Assembly (NCBI GenBank): GCA_964455675.1 | Contig: CAYVYK010000002.1 | Span: 133,791-197,790 of the forward strand | DNA length: 64,000 nt | Direction: 5' to 3' | Source of the DNA: an uncultured Methanosarcinales archaeon | Lineage (GTDB): Archaea > Nanobdellota > Nanobdellia > Woesearchaeales > CAYVYK01 | Part shown: one piece after another, positions 27,857-38,471 of the stretch | How positions within the stretch are numbered: position 1 is the stretch's first letter | Layout: every line of letters starts with the position of its first letter | Notes under the pieces: generated by a model | Told to the model about the DNA's origin: nothing | The model's input: the letters and a program-made list of their open reading frames with translations, nothing else | Database searches by the model: none | Translations under genes and position numbers: made by a program

Positions 27857-28960
27857 ATGATGAATGAATTCTATGTTTCAGAAGGTTCGCGCATCCTTAT
27901 TCACAGTATCAGAAGGAAGATTCAAGGCCATAAGAGATATCATGGTTCCGATAGTGAGATCTGCCAGCAGATCATCAGGGACTGCTGGAATGGGAGATAT
28001 TTCCAAACGAGCGCAGGTCACTTCAATGAGTTTTATTCCCGTGATTTTGGTTGGTGTGCAGAAAGTCTTGTGAAGCTTGGGTATGGAAAGCAGGTGCAGG
28101 CAAGCCTTGAATATGCGCTCAGAGCCTTCGAAAAGACGAGGAGGGTGACAACAACGATTACGCCAAAGGGCATGCCCTTTGACTTTCCAACATTTGCCGT
28201 TGACTCCTTGCCCTGGATCATCCATGGCCTTGCCACTGTGAAGAATCAGTCTCTCGTGGAGAGACACCGCGCGTTTCTCGAGCTGCAGATTAGGATTTGG
28301 GCGAGGACAGTGCTTGGATCTAGAGGTCTTGTGCGAAAGGACAGGTTCTTCTCCTCGATTAAGGATCACGCGGAAAGGAGAAGCAGCTGCTATGACAATT
28401 GCTGCGCTGGAATGCTCGCCCGTGATGCATCAGCTTTGGGGCTCGATAATCCTCTTGAGAAGAATAACTACGATCAGCTCATCCGCAATACGTATTGGAA
28501 CGGACAGTATTTTTTTGACGATTGCCAAAAAAAGCCTTATGTTGCGGGAGATGCAAATATTGCCCCGTTCTGGATGGGCATCATTAGCGATAAGAAGATA
28601 CAAACGCAGGCATTCCAGGCGATGAGTGATGCAGGTCTTGATGATCCTTTTCCTTTACGATATACTGCAAAGGGCGCTCCCGTGAACTTTATTGGTTTAT
28701 CGTTCCTAGCGCGGGATTATGAACGCAGCGCCATCTGGCCGCATATGGGGATACCCTATATTGAGCTGCTGTCAAAGATAGATAAGAGACAGGCGATAAG
28801 GCATGTACAGTCATATAGGGAATTAATCATAAAATATCAAAATTTCCTTGAAGTGTTTCGTGAGCGAAGACCTTTCTCCACACTCCTCTATGAGGCTGAC
28901 GAGGGAATGCTCTGGTCCGCCAACTATCTCGTGCTCAAGAAGGATCTGAACAATCAGTAG
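27857..28960 (+). CDS. Probable (alpha/alpha)6-barrel glycoside hydrolase-like protein
   Basis: YSRDFGW, aromatic-rich helices, IWPHMG, FLEVF, LWSANY resemble six-hairpin glycosidases. Confidence 0.6.
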   Translation: MMNEFYVSEGSRILIHSIRRKIQGHKRYHGSDSEICQQIIRDCWNGRYFQTSAGHFNEFYSRDFGWCAESLVKLGYGKQVQASLEYALRAFEKTRRVTTTITPKGMPFDFPTFAVDSLPWIIHGLATVKNQSLVERHRAFLELQIRIWARTVLGSRGLVRKDRFFSSIKDHAERRSSCYDNCCAGMLARDASALGLDNPLEKNNYDQLIRNTYWNGQYFFDDCQKKPYVAGDANIAPFWMGIISDKKIQTQAFQAMSDAGLDDPFPLRYTAKGAPVNFIGLSFLARDYERSAIWPHMGIPYIELLSKIDKRQAIRHVQSYRELIIKYQNFLEVFRERRPFSTLLYEADEGMLWSANYLVLKKDLNNQ

Positions 28961-29066
28961 ATTCCGCGGTAGATATTCTCCAGTAGTGACGACGAGAAGG
29001 AGACAGATAGGAATATGGAAAATGGCTCAGAGAATTGTAAGGAAGAGAACAATAACGGTATATGGA

Positions 29067-29246
29067 TTATTTGAATACGGAGATGATATTCTCGAAATGC
29101 TCCGCAAGCGTTCGTTCTGGCGGCCCCCCGAAGATCATGATAAAAAATCCCATGAGGAGTCCAATGAACACAAGTCCCATGACAACGAGCATAGGGGTGA
29201 TGTAGTCCGGCCGGGTTTCCGTGAAGTATAGGGAATCATTTTGCAT
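29067..29246 (-). CDS. Small single-TM protein
   Basis: Overlaps the upstream gene; one hydrophobic helix. Confidence 0.55.
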   Translation of the reverse strand: MQNDSLYFTETRPDYITPMLVVMGLVFIGLLMGFFIMIFGGPPERTLAEHFENIISVFK

Positions 29247-29547
29247 GATTTTCCCTCGCGTTTGTAGCCATGATTGACGTACGCTGGAAGAGTACAACAT
29301 AGATGAAGAGGCAGATAATGATCATCTCAAAGATGCCGTTCACAACTCTGGGCATGTTGAAAACCTGCAAGTTCCGGAGCATAGTGAAGATTGTTTCAAC
29401 AACGAAGATGAGGACTCCGATAAGGATCAGTCGCCAGGAGAAGAGTATTGGCTTGCCTTTTCCTGTTCTGAAGAGTTGATAAAAGTAGTAAAGGCTCACC
29501 GCGACAAGGAGGAGGTTCAAGATAAGCACGATAGTTACGCCGTTCAT
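29236..29547 (-). CDS. Small 3-TM membrane protein
   Basis: GGAGG RBS; SWRLILIGVLIF; resembles the upstream gene. Confidence 0.7.
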   Translation of the reverse strand: MNGVTIVLILNLLLVAVSLYYFYQLFRTGKGKPILFSWRLILIGVLIFVVETIFTMLRNLQVFNMPRVVNGIFEMIIICLFIYVVLFQRTSIMATNARENHAK

Positions 29548-29840
29548 GGTGTTCCTCCCTTCCACCCGCGGAGTTGTATGTGCTGGGCGTAAATGAGTAG
29601 TAGCATGATGACCGTGGCGAGCAGGTGTGTGAGGTAGGGATTTTCATACAACCCAAAACTTCGGAAGGCACCAACGATGAGGAGGATATCAAAAACAAGA
29701 AGGCCAAGCAGAACATATTTCCAAGGTCTAAGATCCGGATGGCCGTAGTGCTTAAGCATTGGTATGATGATGAAGATGGCAACAATAGAAAGGAATACGT
29801 TTGCAATCTGGAACATTCCCTCGAGGAATTGTATGGCCAT
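29544..29840 (-). CDS. Small 3-TM membrane protein
   Basis: PWKYVLLGLLVF; 4-nt overlap with the next gene. Confidence 0.7.
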   Translation of the reverse strand: MAIQFLEGMFQIANVFLSIVAIFIIIPMLKHYGHPDLRPWKYVLLGLLVFDILLIVGAFRSFGLYENPYLTHLLATVIMLLLIYAQHIQLRGWKGGTP

Positions 29841-29873
29841 GTTCAAGTTTCTGCAGTACAACTATAAAAAGTT

Positions 29874-32800
29874 TTAGGTGCGCTTCAGTTGATCACGGAT
29901 CGCATCATCTGTCCACCCTGTACGGTGGAGCTCATCGCGAATGCTTTTTTCAGAAAATCCTCGGCTTCTCATCTTTCGCATATAGAGGTCAAGTTCTGAC
30001 ATGATCAGTTGATGTTCGATCTTTTCCGCCTTATGGCTATGGAATGCGATGACAAGAAGGATGATTGCTGCAAAGAGGCATAGACCAATTGCGGCAGGGA
30101 TGAGGTATACTGAAGTAGTTGACACTTCAATGACTGGAAGATTCCATGAGAGTGGCATCTGCTCGCATGGTGCAGGACAGCTCCCGCCGCAGTCAATACC
30201 TTCTTCATCTCCATCCTGAACTCCATTAATGCAGGTATCGGTTACGTTTCCTCCTGAACAGGACTGCCATTCAATTCGCACTTCGCCCCCGATTTGGCAG
30301 TGATTGGAGTCCGTGCATGTTCGAGTTTGGTTTCCATCAATGCACGTCGTCCACGAGGTGCATGTCCAATTGAATACACAGGTTGGTGTTGTGGTTGGTG
30401 TTGGGGGAATCCATCCTCCGATACCACCGCCTCCTCCGCCACCACTGCCGCCGCCGCCACTGTCATCGTCGCCATCTCCGCCAGGCGCTGGGCAGTCTGC
30501 AGGACATAGTGCATTGGTTTCTAAAGGATCACAAACCCCATTACCGCACAGGCAGTCTGCTGGACAGCTTGCGTGCGTTTCCGCGCCATTGCAGACATTG
30601 TCCCCGCACACGCTGCAGTCTTGCTCCGTTGCAGGCATTGCACCGCCGCATCCGCTCAGGTCTTGATATGACCTGTTCATCCATCCGTTCGAGCATGAAC
30701 TCCAAGGGAATAGGATGATGTCTGGATCGCATTCTGGAGGGATTATGGATGCTTCGTAGATATAGACCTCGTATGGTTCCTCGGTTCCTGGATGATCTGG
30801 AATAGTGATTGGTATCATGGATCCATGGAATCTTATCGTGACTTCTGTATGTTTGAGCGGATTGTCAATCGTAAAGAGATGAACGCCGTTCTTGTCGACA
30901 AACCGACGGATGTCCATGGTTTCGTCGCTGACAAAGGATATTCCTCGTGTATCGTAGTACCGAGGTTCCCGCTCCCACCATTCGAGCGCGTCCCATTGCT
31001 CGATGGTTCTGTTCATGATTTTATCAAGTACTGTTGGAGTATCATATCGGTCTTCAATGTGCCATGCGTCGAATTTTCCACCGAAGAGGAAAGCCTGGCG
31101 CTCGAGCCAGTACCAGCAGAGGTCTGGTTCCGGCGTGCAGTATGGTAAGAAGTAGTCCCATACAAGCGCGCGATTTGTACCAACCATTGTTTTCACGGTT
31201 CCCCAGAGGTAGTGATCCCAGTTGCTTTCACCAATGAACATGATTCTGTCATCGAAGAGGTATCTTCCAACATTGGGGAATGTGGTATTCTCATAATCAC
31301 CAGGAGAAATACCTGGACCCCCAAGGATCTGGTGGCTGTTTCCTTCAAATGATCCTCCGGTAAGATACGCAGTCGGATAGATATCCACGGGCCACTCGAT
31401 CACGTTTCCTTCGGGAAAGATGTGTGAAGGTGTTTGTGCAAGGAATTGCTGTGCCATCCAAAGCGGATCACCGAGGTAGACTGCTCCGACGACGTCGAGA
31501 TAGTAAGCGTTTGCGCCCCATTGTGTTGTGCGCTGCATCCACGTTTCTAGCCACTGCCGTGATGTTTCTGACGTTCCATCGTCAGGTGCAGTGATTGTTT
31601 GAGGATCATCAAGGGGTACATACTGGCTCGTGTATATCGGTCGTTGGTAGAAGCTGGCATGTCCTCCTTGATTTCGGACTGTCTGCATGAAGTCCAGTAG
31701 ATCGTCCGTCGTTTCTGATAAGTACCGCTCGTGGATGTGCCGGTTCATGAGGCAGCAGCCCGTACCAGGCGTATTGTCTTGGTAATAGTAATTTCTCCAG
31801 CCGCTCATCTGCCCCCACATTTGCACCATTGGAAGATAATCGTTCCAGAGGTCCCATCGCTGCAAAAGTTCCGCAGCGTCGAAGGGAACATCATTCAAAC
31901 TTGGATCTGCGGCTGGTTGGGGCATCATTTCAAGCGGTACATGGATCCACCCGTTTGCAGATTGCATCCAGCTAGGGTATTCAATCGGCCACAATCCCGC
32001 AGAGTTCATATTGGGAACGAGCCAACGTTTGTAATCGTCTGCTGCCGCTTGCCATGCAGCTATCCCGGCATTCATGTTATAATTCCGGATAAGAGCGGAG
32101 TATTGATAGGATGTCCCTACGTGGTGTGTGAAGTTGTACTGGAGTGCCATACGATTCTTTCGGTAGAGTGGAGTGACTGGTTTTGGAGGCCAGTTTTGAG
32201 CTGCAACCATTCGAGCTTTGTTCTCATTGTAATGGATGAGGATGGGCGCACTAACCTGTCCAGGGTACGTCGCGTTGAATCCCCTGACGCTTCCAAGCCA
32301 TTCATCGTCTAGATCTGCGACGCGATGTGCAATGCCGAGGCGTACCATCTGTATGATATTGCCCTCGCTTCCGTACGGATCAAGGATACGTTCATCCTCC
32401 TCGTATGGGAACCACACGGACCGGATGGGTACCTTTGGTGTGAGGGAAAGCGTATAAATTCCGTCACTTCCGCTGATTATCGCGGTTACATAGTCGTCGT
32501 CAAACTGTGCAGGAATGGTATCGGGAGAATATATGAGTGTATCCCGATTTTGTAGCATGATCTGGAATGATATGTCTCCCTCTGCGCAATCCTGCGGACA
32601 ATTGGCGAGCTTTTCGCCCTCGCCACAGAGGAGATCTCCGCAGTATGCGGGGCAATCATTCGGACAATTGCAGTTGGTTTCGTGCGGTTCGCAGTTTCCG
32701 TTTCCACACGCTGTACAGTAAAAGCTGCCGTCATAGTAATTGATGCATCCTGGTCGTGCAGGGAAGATAAGTTCCGTTTTCGTCAAGCCCGGAGCGCAGT

Positions 32801-35800
32801 TATCATTAAACCGTCGCTGTCCGAGCCCTCCATAAGGGATGTCAGGACAGTCAACTTCGCAATTGTTGTTGTTCTCACCGTCCACATACTCACAAGTTCC
32901 GTCTTCATCGCAGACATCGCAGCGAGTGGCTGGTCCAGTACATGGTCGCTCAAATTCGCACAGGATTTGGCCTGGAGGTGTAAACTCAAGATCTGTAATT
33001 TCGTATGGAGTGAACGTCACGATTTTATTCCCAACGTACACATCGTCACATGCTTGGTCTTTGATTCTCTCAGGGCCGCTGTTGATGAAATAGTTCTCGA
33101 TGAAATAATTCTTTTCGGATAAGTACATAGACCTCACTTCATACATTTGGGGATAGTAGCTTATCCGCATGTCATATGGTGTGCTCGTATAGATGGATTC
33201 GTATCTGCCGATGATGTTATGGTAAAAGGTGTGATTGACTTGGTTGTTTCGCAGTTCTACTTCCATGCCGTTGCTCTGGCACCAATAGTTCGTGAAGATG
33301 GGATATCCGTTTTCCGTGCGCAGGTATGGGTAATGCACAAAGCCCGGACGGTTATCCATGTAATCATCCTCGATGCTTTGCTGCGGGCTCCAGCAGTCAT
33401 AGTAATACGGCCGATCAAGTTTGTTGTTGTCTATGGCGATGTTATCGATGAGCGTGGCATTATAGGTGTAGCCATAGAGGTTTATTCCCACGAGGTGGTT
33501 TTCAAAGAACAGATTGTGGATAATGCGCACTCCTTGCGACGTTTCTACCCTCACGCCCGAGATATTCACATTCCGCGCAATGTTGTTGTAGATTGTCGCG
33601 TTAAACACGCATAACAGATTGATGCCCTGGTAGGTTCCCGAGAGATAATTGCCGCTGATCGTGATGTTCTCAAGCTTTCGCTCGCATGAGGGGAGTGCTG
33701 GGAAACGCGCCCCCCCGACGCGCAGCGTGTAGTAATTATTGTCAAAGAAGTAGTTGCCAGTGACATTGATGTGCTTGCTGGTATATGATGCGGTCGCGCT
33801 CACATAGAATGACCAGTCAAAGTTTATGAAGACAGAGTTTGATACTTCGAGGTTTCTGCCCCTCATGTAGAGACCGACATGGTCTTTGTCCTTGTCGCCA
33901 TAGAAGATGATGTTCTGGAATTTCACACCATTCCTCTCAAGTACTTCAATCATGTCATCTCCTATTCCATGAGCTTCAAGAATCACTTGGCCTAGCTCAC
34001 CGGATTTTATAATCACATTATCCTTATTGATGCTGGTGTATGTGCTAAGGTAGTATCTTCCTGGCGGTATCGTGATCACGCCTCCGCTCGGCGGCAGCGC
34101 TGCGATCATCGCCCGGAGTGTCGGCCCATAGTCCTCCCCGTCATTCCATGGTTGTTGTGATTCCCGCAGCGCGATGACGGTGTCCCTCATGTCCTCTTTC
34201 TGCTCAGCTTCTGCGAGTCGTTGCTCGATATAAACATCGACGGGACAGTCCGCCTCGCAGTTCCATGTTGTTTCTCCTACTTCGCATATGCCATCGCCGC
34301 ATTGCAGTGTGCAGTCGTGTGGGCATGAGGCATAATCTTCAGGATTGATACAGTACTCATCACCGCATACCGTGGGGCAATCAGCCTGGCACGTTTCGGG
34401 TGTTTCTGCGATGCTGCATATGGAATCTCCACATATCGGCTCGCAGTCTGTTGGGCACGTTGAGTGGGATTCAAATGCATCGCACACTCCATTCCCGCAG
34501 CCGCTGCTCCGTTCGATAATTACAATTCCAGGATTGGATTGGATATGGACATAGCTTGCCCCGTTCATCGTGACAATTTCCGTCGGAATGGGTGATGGAA
34601 CTCCATTCCATGCATAGGTATGAATAGTCATTCCGGACGTATCACCCCACCCAAAGTAACCCCGTTTGCTAGTAATTATCCTTGTGTCACCGATGATGGT
34701 ACCGTCATATATGGCGATTGGTGTGATGGGATATATCCTCTGATAAATGTCGCTTTGCTGATAGAGTTCGGATATATGCTGCGTACTAAAGTAGTGCAGA
34801 CCGCCAAAGTGCAGTGCGGCATGGATGTATCGTGAATCATCATTGACTTCATCAGTGTTGTAGATGATCGGGCTGGTCAGGTGCATTCGGGAAAGCGTGT
34901 TTGCGTAGTTGAGGCATCCCACTTCTCCAAATCGCTCGATTGGTAGAGCGCTGAATGATCGTGTTATAGGCGGATAGTTTGCAGCTGCGTTCAGATTTTC
35001 ACCAAGCAGTTCTGTGACATAGTTAACTCGATAATCATTGCTGAGAAGGATGATATTGCCGATTCTTTTGACTATTGCGCCCTCGACCGGATTGTTTTGG
35101 AAGCTATGGCCATCCCAATATTCTGGTGCATATGTGAATCGTGATATGGAGTGCGTTGACTCGTCAAAGTAGATTCCGTCGAGATTAAAGCGGTCGATGT
35201 ACTCTGTCTTGAATTCCTGCATCTTCTGCCCGAAGCTGTTCGTTGTTGTGGGAAAATATCCATATACTCCTGTTGTGTATGCGGCATGTTCTCCTTGTTC
35301 ATTGATGATTTTAGAGTCGGGATACTGTTCGGTATCCGTCTCTGACGAGAGGAAGAGGTCAATATACAGTAATTGCTTGATATCAAGTCCGGTTTCATCT
35401 ACCTTTCCGATAAAAATATTCTGTATGAAGCTTGCAATGTCAGCGGGAACTTCAGGTTCCCAGAGCGCTGGTCCATGCCTGCTGCTTGATGGTTGTGATA
35501 GCGCTTGCTCGGTGGAAAGACTGTCAAAGAGAAGAGTCCGTTCGGGTATCTCCTTGTTCGCCCAGGAGTTTGGAGACGGGTATCCAAGTGCAACCATGTT
35601 TTGGATAGGATAGTTGAAGTTGATGTGGTATCGCAGGACGTTGATGAAGTCGTAGTAGTCTGGGCTTGATAGCGGATAGATTTCCCAAACGACTGTGTAT
35701 GTGTCCTGTGCGCCAAGCCCAAAGTATTCGTTGTTAATGCGCATGAAACGGTCCCATAAGTTAGGGTTCCTTCCCCCTCCAACCTGGGTCCGAAAGACAT

Positions 35801-38402
35801 CATCTTTCACGTATATTCCTAGTCCTGCGTTTGAGAATGAAACAAATGTTGTTGGATTCCCCGGATCAATGGTTGATGCATTGGGATATCCTGAGTAGTA
35901 ATAGTTGAGCCATGGTGCTTGCGCGTTGACGTCGATGTAGAAAGGGATTCCCACATCTTCTGACATCTTGTTTGTGATCCTGTCCTCTACGCTGATTCGG
36001 TCTGTGAGGATGTCGATCGTTCGTTCAATCCTGTAGTAGGTTCCTTCGCCAATGACAGTTCGATGATTCTCATCACCAGTGATGGTCACAGCCCATGTTG
36101 GTTCAGCACTGCCAGGTATTGGATTTCCGAGATGGTTTCTTGGATGGGCGGCCTCGATCCGCGGGTGATAGTAGTACGAGTCAAGATGCACGGTGTTTCC
36201 GTTGACAGTGATTGTTATTCTCCCGTTATCGCTAACGGATAGAGAGTACGGAACTGGGAACTCATACTCTGGCCGGATGATTCCGGCATCATCATCTTGC
36301 AGTCCGTCCTCATCGGAATCAGAATCGAGTGGATCGTTATGGCTGAGGTACTCGTCATAGTTGTGCATCTCGTCACCGTCGGGATCATCAGTAAATCCGT
36401 AGATGAGAGATCCGAAGCTGCTGAGCTCCCAGTTGTCAGGAAGACCATCTATATCGACATCAATGTCGGAAGGACAGCAGTCCTGGATGCAGGTAAACTC
36501 ATCTTCTCCTGATTCGCATATGCCATTGCCGCATATTGATGACATCCCTGAGCCCACTTGTCGTGTCAAGGAAGTGATATCCCCAACATAATCGTTCCTA
36601 ATGGTGAGAGTTACTGTATATGTTCCGGGATTTGCATACAGATGGCTAATGATCATTCCGCTCCCTTGCGTTCCATCTCCAAAATCCCATTCGTATTCGA
36701 GGATGGGTCCGCGTCCGGGGGTGCTTTCTGACGCATCAAACAATACCTCATGGGTCTCACTCACCGTTGCACTAAATGATGCTCTTAGATCGCCAAGACG
36801 CTGCTCAACAATGAGACTTTTCCAGTCCTCCATCGTCAATCCGTTCTGATAGTCGAGGGTGTTCTCACGCACGTCAGAGTAGGTGTAGAACATGAGGTTT
36901 TTTGCCCCAAGCCATTTGTGAAGGTTAATCTCTTGGCGCATTTCCTCTGCCGTTGGCAGGCGAAAATCTCCCCATTCAAACGCCTGCACCACAGGTTCGA
37001 TGTCGATTCCGTCTGGTGCAGAGTACTGAGCGACTGTTGCGTAATTGTTTTCGATGCGTTCAGGATAGCTTCCGCCGACTCTCCATGGGTACACGTACAT
37101 GGCAAGCTGATCCTGATGTGTGTAATCCACGGTACCCGGAAGCAACCATAGAGACTCGGCAAGCATTGACGATCCAATAGCGTAAATAATTGGGCGGGTA
37201 GTGTCAGCGTCATACGCGCGTACGACACTTTCCACGATCTGTGCAAGGCCTCGATAGTCTGTCTCAAAATAAAACGCTGGTGGATCGTCGATAGAGTAAT
37301 ATGCTAAGATCGCATCCTTGATTGTATCTTGGGATAAATATTCCATCTCTTCTATGAGACGTTCCTTGTTCACGGGAACGCTGCCGATCGCGTGCGTTTC
37401 GGGTGCTGTACCCTCGCATCCGCGGATGACGTTCGAAAACGTGAACCGATAGTATGTGGAACCATGCGCTGAGAATGGTTCCGCTTCCGGCAAGATGGAA
37501 AACTGCATGCACTCATCATCAAGCCACAGGGTTTTGTACGAGGGATCGTCATACTGCGAGTTGATGAACCATCCAAATGTTGTGCTTGCCTTACCAATAA
37601 ATGATAGGGTGGTTGCTGTGTCGCTAATGTCCTCCTCGAGGACTCCGCCATGGTATGGTAAGGTTACCCATAGTTTCTGTTTGTTTGCGCGCAGTGTCTG
37701 TCCTGACACGTGTGTTGGGTCGAGCATTTCCCTGCTGTTTCCTGGGTCATAGAATTGCAGCCCAGTAAACCCATACTCCGCTGCGTTGTTGGAGCACTCG
37801 GCCATTCGTTCATATGGCTCGCCTCCCTCCGCGCATTCGTCCATCGTGAATATCCCTTTGTATCCCCAAATGTACGGAGGACAGTCTTCCGGACAGTTCA
37901 AGTGGTCTTCATCCTTGTCGCACGCTCCGTTGCCGCACATCTCCCCATCCATGATGGTTAGGTCTTCATTTTCCGGGGGTTCCTCGTCATTGCGAGGATT
38001 GTCCTCAATACGCTCGCACTCCTGTGTCTCGGTTCGTTGCTCGGATCGTAGTCCACAGTATGTTGTGCTCACGCAGAATCGTTCTTGAATTCCGTTAACA
38101 CATTCTCCCCATTCATCACATGTGTCACTCCGCGCGCAGTCGAGGCACTCCCTGCGTTCCACAGGCTTAAACACGCTGCTTTCGCAGCTATTCACATCCT
38201 TGCATTCGCGGAACTGCATCGTTTTCTCGCACGCTGTCCAGTCGGTGCATACCCATCGTTCCTGGCATGATGTCGCATAGTCCCGGGTATCCTTTACTGA
38301 CATTGCGGCAGGCGCAAAGGTTGTGCATGATCCGATAATGAGAAGGGCAAGGAAGCCTATCAGTGCAACTACAAACGCTCTGCCATTCCCCCTATGCTTC
38401 AT
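29874..38402 (-). CDS. Giant (2842 aa) membrane-anchored surface protein: Cys-rich linkers, PKD domain, beta-helix, several putative glycoside-hydrolase-like domains
   Basis: Signal peptide; many CGxGxC...CPxDC repeats; PKD YEWDFGDG..HLYANPGTYTVTLT; DxDGD Ca-binding motifs; beta-helix after GGVITIPPGRY; C-terminal TM and 'GW' tail. Confidence 0.85.
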   Translation of the reverse strand: MKHRGNGRAFVVALIGFLALLIIGSCTTFAPAAMSVKDTRDYATSCQERWVCTDWTACEKTMQFRECKDVNSCESSVFKPVERRECLDCARSDTCDEWGECVNGIQERFCVSTTYCGLRSEQRTETQECERIEDNPRNDEEPPENEDLTIMDGEMCGNGACDKDEDHLNCPEDCPPYIWGYKGIFTMDECAEGGEPYERMAECSNNAAEYGFTGLQFYDPGNSREMLDPTHVSGQTLRANKQKLWVTLPYHGGVLEEDISDTATTLSFIGKASTTFGWFINSQYDDPSYKTLWLDDECMQFSILPEAEPFSAHGSTYYRFTFSNVIRGCEGTAPETHAIGSVPVNKERLIEEMEYLSQDTIKDAILAYYSIDDPPAFYFETDYRGLAQIVESVVRAYDADTTRPIIYAIGSSMLAESLWLLPGTVDYTHQDQLAMYVYPWRVGGSYPERIENNYATVAQYSAPDGIDIEPVVQAFEWGDFRLPTAEEMRQEINLHKWLGAKNLMFYTYSDVRENTLDYQNGLTMEDWKSLIVEQRLGDLRASFSATVSETHEVLFDASESTPGRGPILEYEWDFGDGTQGSGMIISHLYANPGTYTVTLTIRNDYVGDITSLTRQVGSGMSSICGNGICESGEDEFTCIQDCCPSDIDVDIDGLPDNWELSSFGSLIYGFTDDPDGDEMHNYDEYLSHNDPLDSDSDEDGLQDDDAGIIRPEYEFPVPYSLSVSDNGRITITVNGNTVHLDSYYYHPRIEAAHPRNHLGNPIPGSAEPTWAVTITGDENHRTVIGEGTYYRIERTIDILTDRISVEDRITNKMSEDVGIPFYIDVNAQAPWLNYYYSGYPNASTIDPGNPTTFVSFSNAGLGIYVKDDVFRTQVGGGRNPNLWDRFMRINNEYFGLGAQDTYTVVWEIYPLSSPDYYDFINVLRYHINFNYPIQNMVALGYPSPNSWANKEIPERTLLFDSLSTEQALSQPSSSRHGPALWEPEVPADIASFIQNIFIGKVDETGLDIKQLLYIDLFLSSETDTEQYPDSKIINEQGEHAAYTTGVYGYFPTTTNSFGQKMQEFKTEYIDRFNLDGIYFDESTHSISRFTYAPEYWDGHSFQNNPVEGAIVKRIGNIILLSNDYRVNYVTELLGENLNAAANYPPITRSFSALPIERFGEVGCLNYANTLSRMHLTSPIIYNTDEVNDDSRYIHAALHFGGLHYFSTQHISELYQQSDIYQRIYPITPIAIYDGTIIGDTRIITSKRGYFGWGDTSGMTIHTYAWNGVPSPIPTEIVTMNGASYVHIQSNPGIVIIERSSGCGNGVCDAFESHSTCPTDCEPICGDSICSIAETPETCQADCPTVCGDEYCINPEDYASCPHDCTLQCGDGICEVGETTWNCEADCPVDVYIEQRLAEAEQKEDMRDTVIALRESQQPWNDGEDYGPTLRAMIAALPPSGGVITIPPGRYYLSTYTSINKDNVIIKSGELGQVILEAHGIGDDMIEVLERNGVKFQNIIFYGDKDKDHVGLYMRGRNLEVSNSVFINFDWSFYVSATASYTSKHINVTGNYFFDNNYYTLRVGGARFPALPSCERKLENITISGNYLSGTYQGINLLCVFNATIYNNIARNVNISGVRVETSQGVRIIHNLFFENHLVGINLYGYTYNATLIDNIAIDNNKLDRPYYYDCWSPQQSIEDDYMDNRPGFVHYPYLRTENGYPIFTNYWCQSNGMEVELRNNQVNHTFYHNIIGRYESIYTSTPYDMRISYYPQMYEVRSMYLSEKNYFIENYFINSGPERIKDQACDDVYVGNKIVTFTPYEITDLEFTPPGQILCEFERPCTGPATRCDVCDEDGTCEYVDGENNNNCEVDCPDIPYGGLGQRRFNDNCAPGLTKTELIFPARPGCINYYDGSFYCTACGNGNCEPHETNCNCPNDCPAYCGDLLCGEGEKLANCPQDCAEGDISFQIMLQNRDTLIYSPDTIPAQFDDDYVTAIISGSDGIYTLSLTPKVPIRSVWFPYEEDERILDPYGSEGNIIQMVRLGIAHRVADLDDEWLGSVRGFNATYPGQVSAPILIHYNENKARMVAAQNWPPKPVTPLYRKNRMALQYNFTHHVGTSYQYSALIRNYNMNAGIAAWQAAADDYKRWLVPNMNSAGLWPIEYPSWMQSANGWIHVPLEMMPQPAADPSLNDVPFDAAELLQRWDLWNDYLPMVQMWGQMSGWRNYYYQDNTPGTGCCLMNRHIHERYLSETTDDLLDFMQTVRNQGGHASFYQRPIYTSQYVPLDDPQTITAPDDGTSETSRQWLETWMQRTTQWGANAYYLDVVGAVYLGDPLWMAQQFLAQTPSHIFPEGNVIEWPVDIYPTAYLTGGSFEGNSHQILGGPGISPGDYENTTFPNVGRYLFDDRIMFIGESNWDHYLWGTVKTMVGTNRALVWDYFLPYCTPEPDLCWYWLERQAFLFGGKFDAWHIEDRYDTPTVLDKIMNRTIEQWDALEWWEREPRYYDTRGISFVSDETMDIRRFVDKNGVHLFTIDNPLKHTEVTIRFHGSMIPITIPDHPGTEEPYEVYIYEASIIPPECDPDIILFPWSSCSNGWMNRSYQDLSGCGGAMPATEQDCSVCGDNVCNGAETHASCPADCLCGNGVCDPLETNALCPADCPAPGGDGDDDSGGGGSGGGGGGGIGGWIPPTPTTTPTCVFNWTCTSWTTCIDGNQTRTCTDSNHCQIGGEVRIEWQSCSGGNVTDTCINGVQDGDEEGIDCGGSCPAPCEQMPLSWNLPVIEVSTTSVYLIPAAIGLCLFAAIILLVIAFHSHKAEKIEHQLIMSELDLYMRKMRSRGFSEKSIRDELHRTGWTDDAIRDQLKRT

Positions 38403-38471
38403 AGGCGTTTCTTCCGCCTTAGAGTATATAAATCTTGTAGTCAGGCGCCGTCAATGATCCGTAGAATCCGT

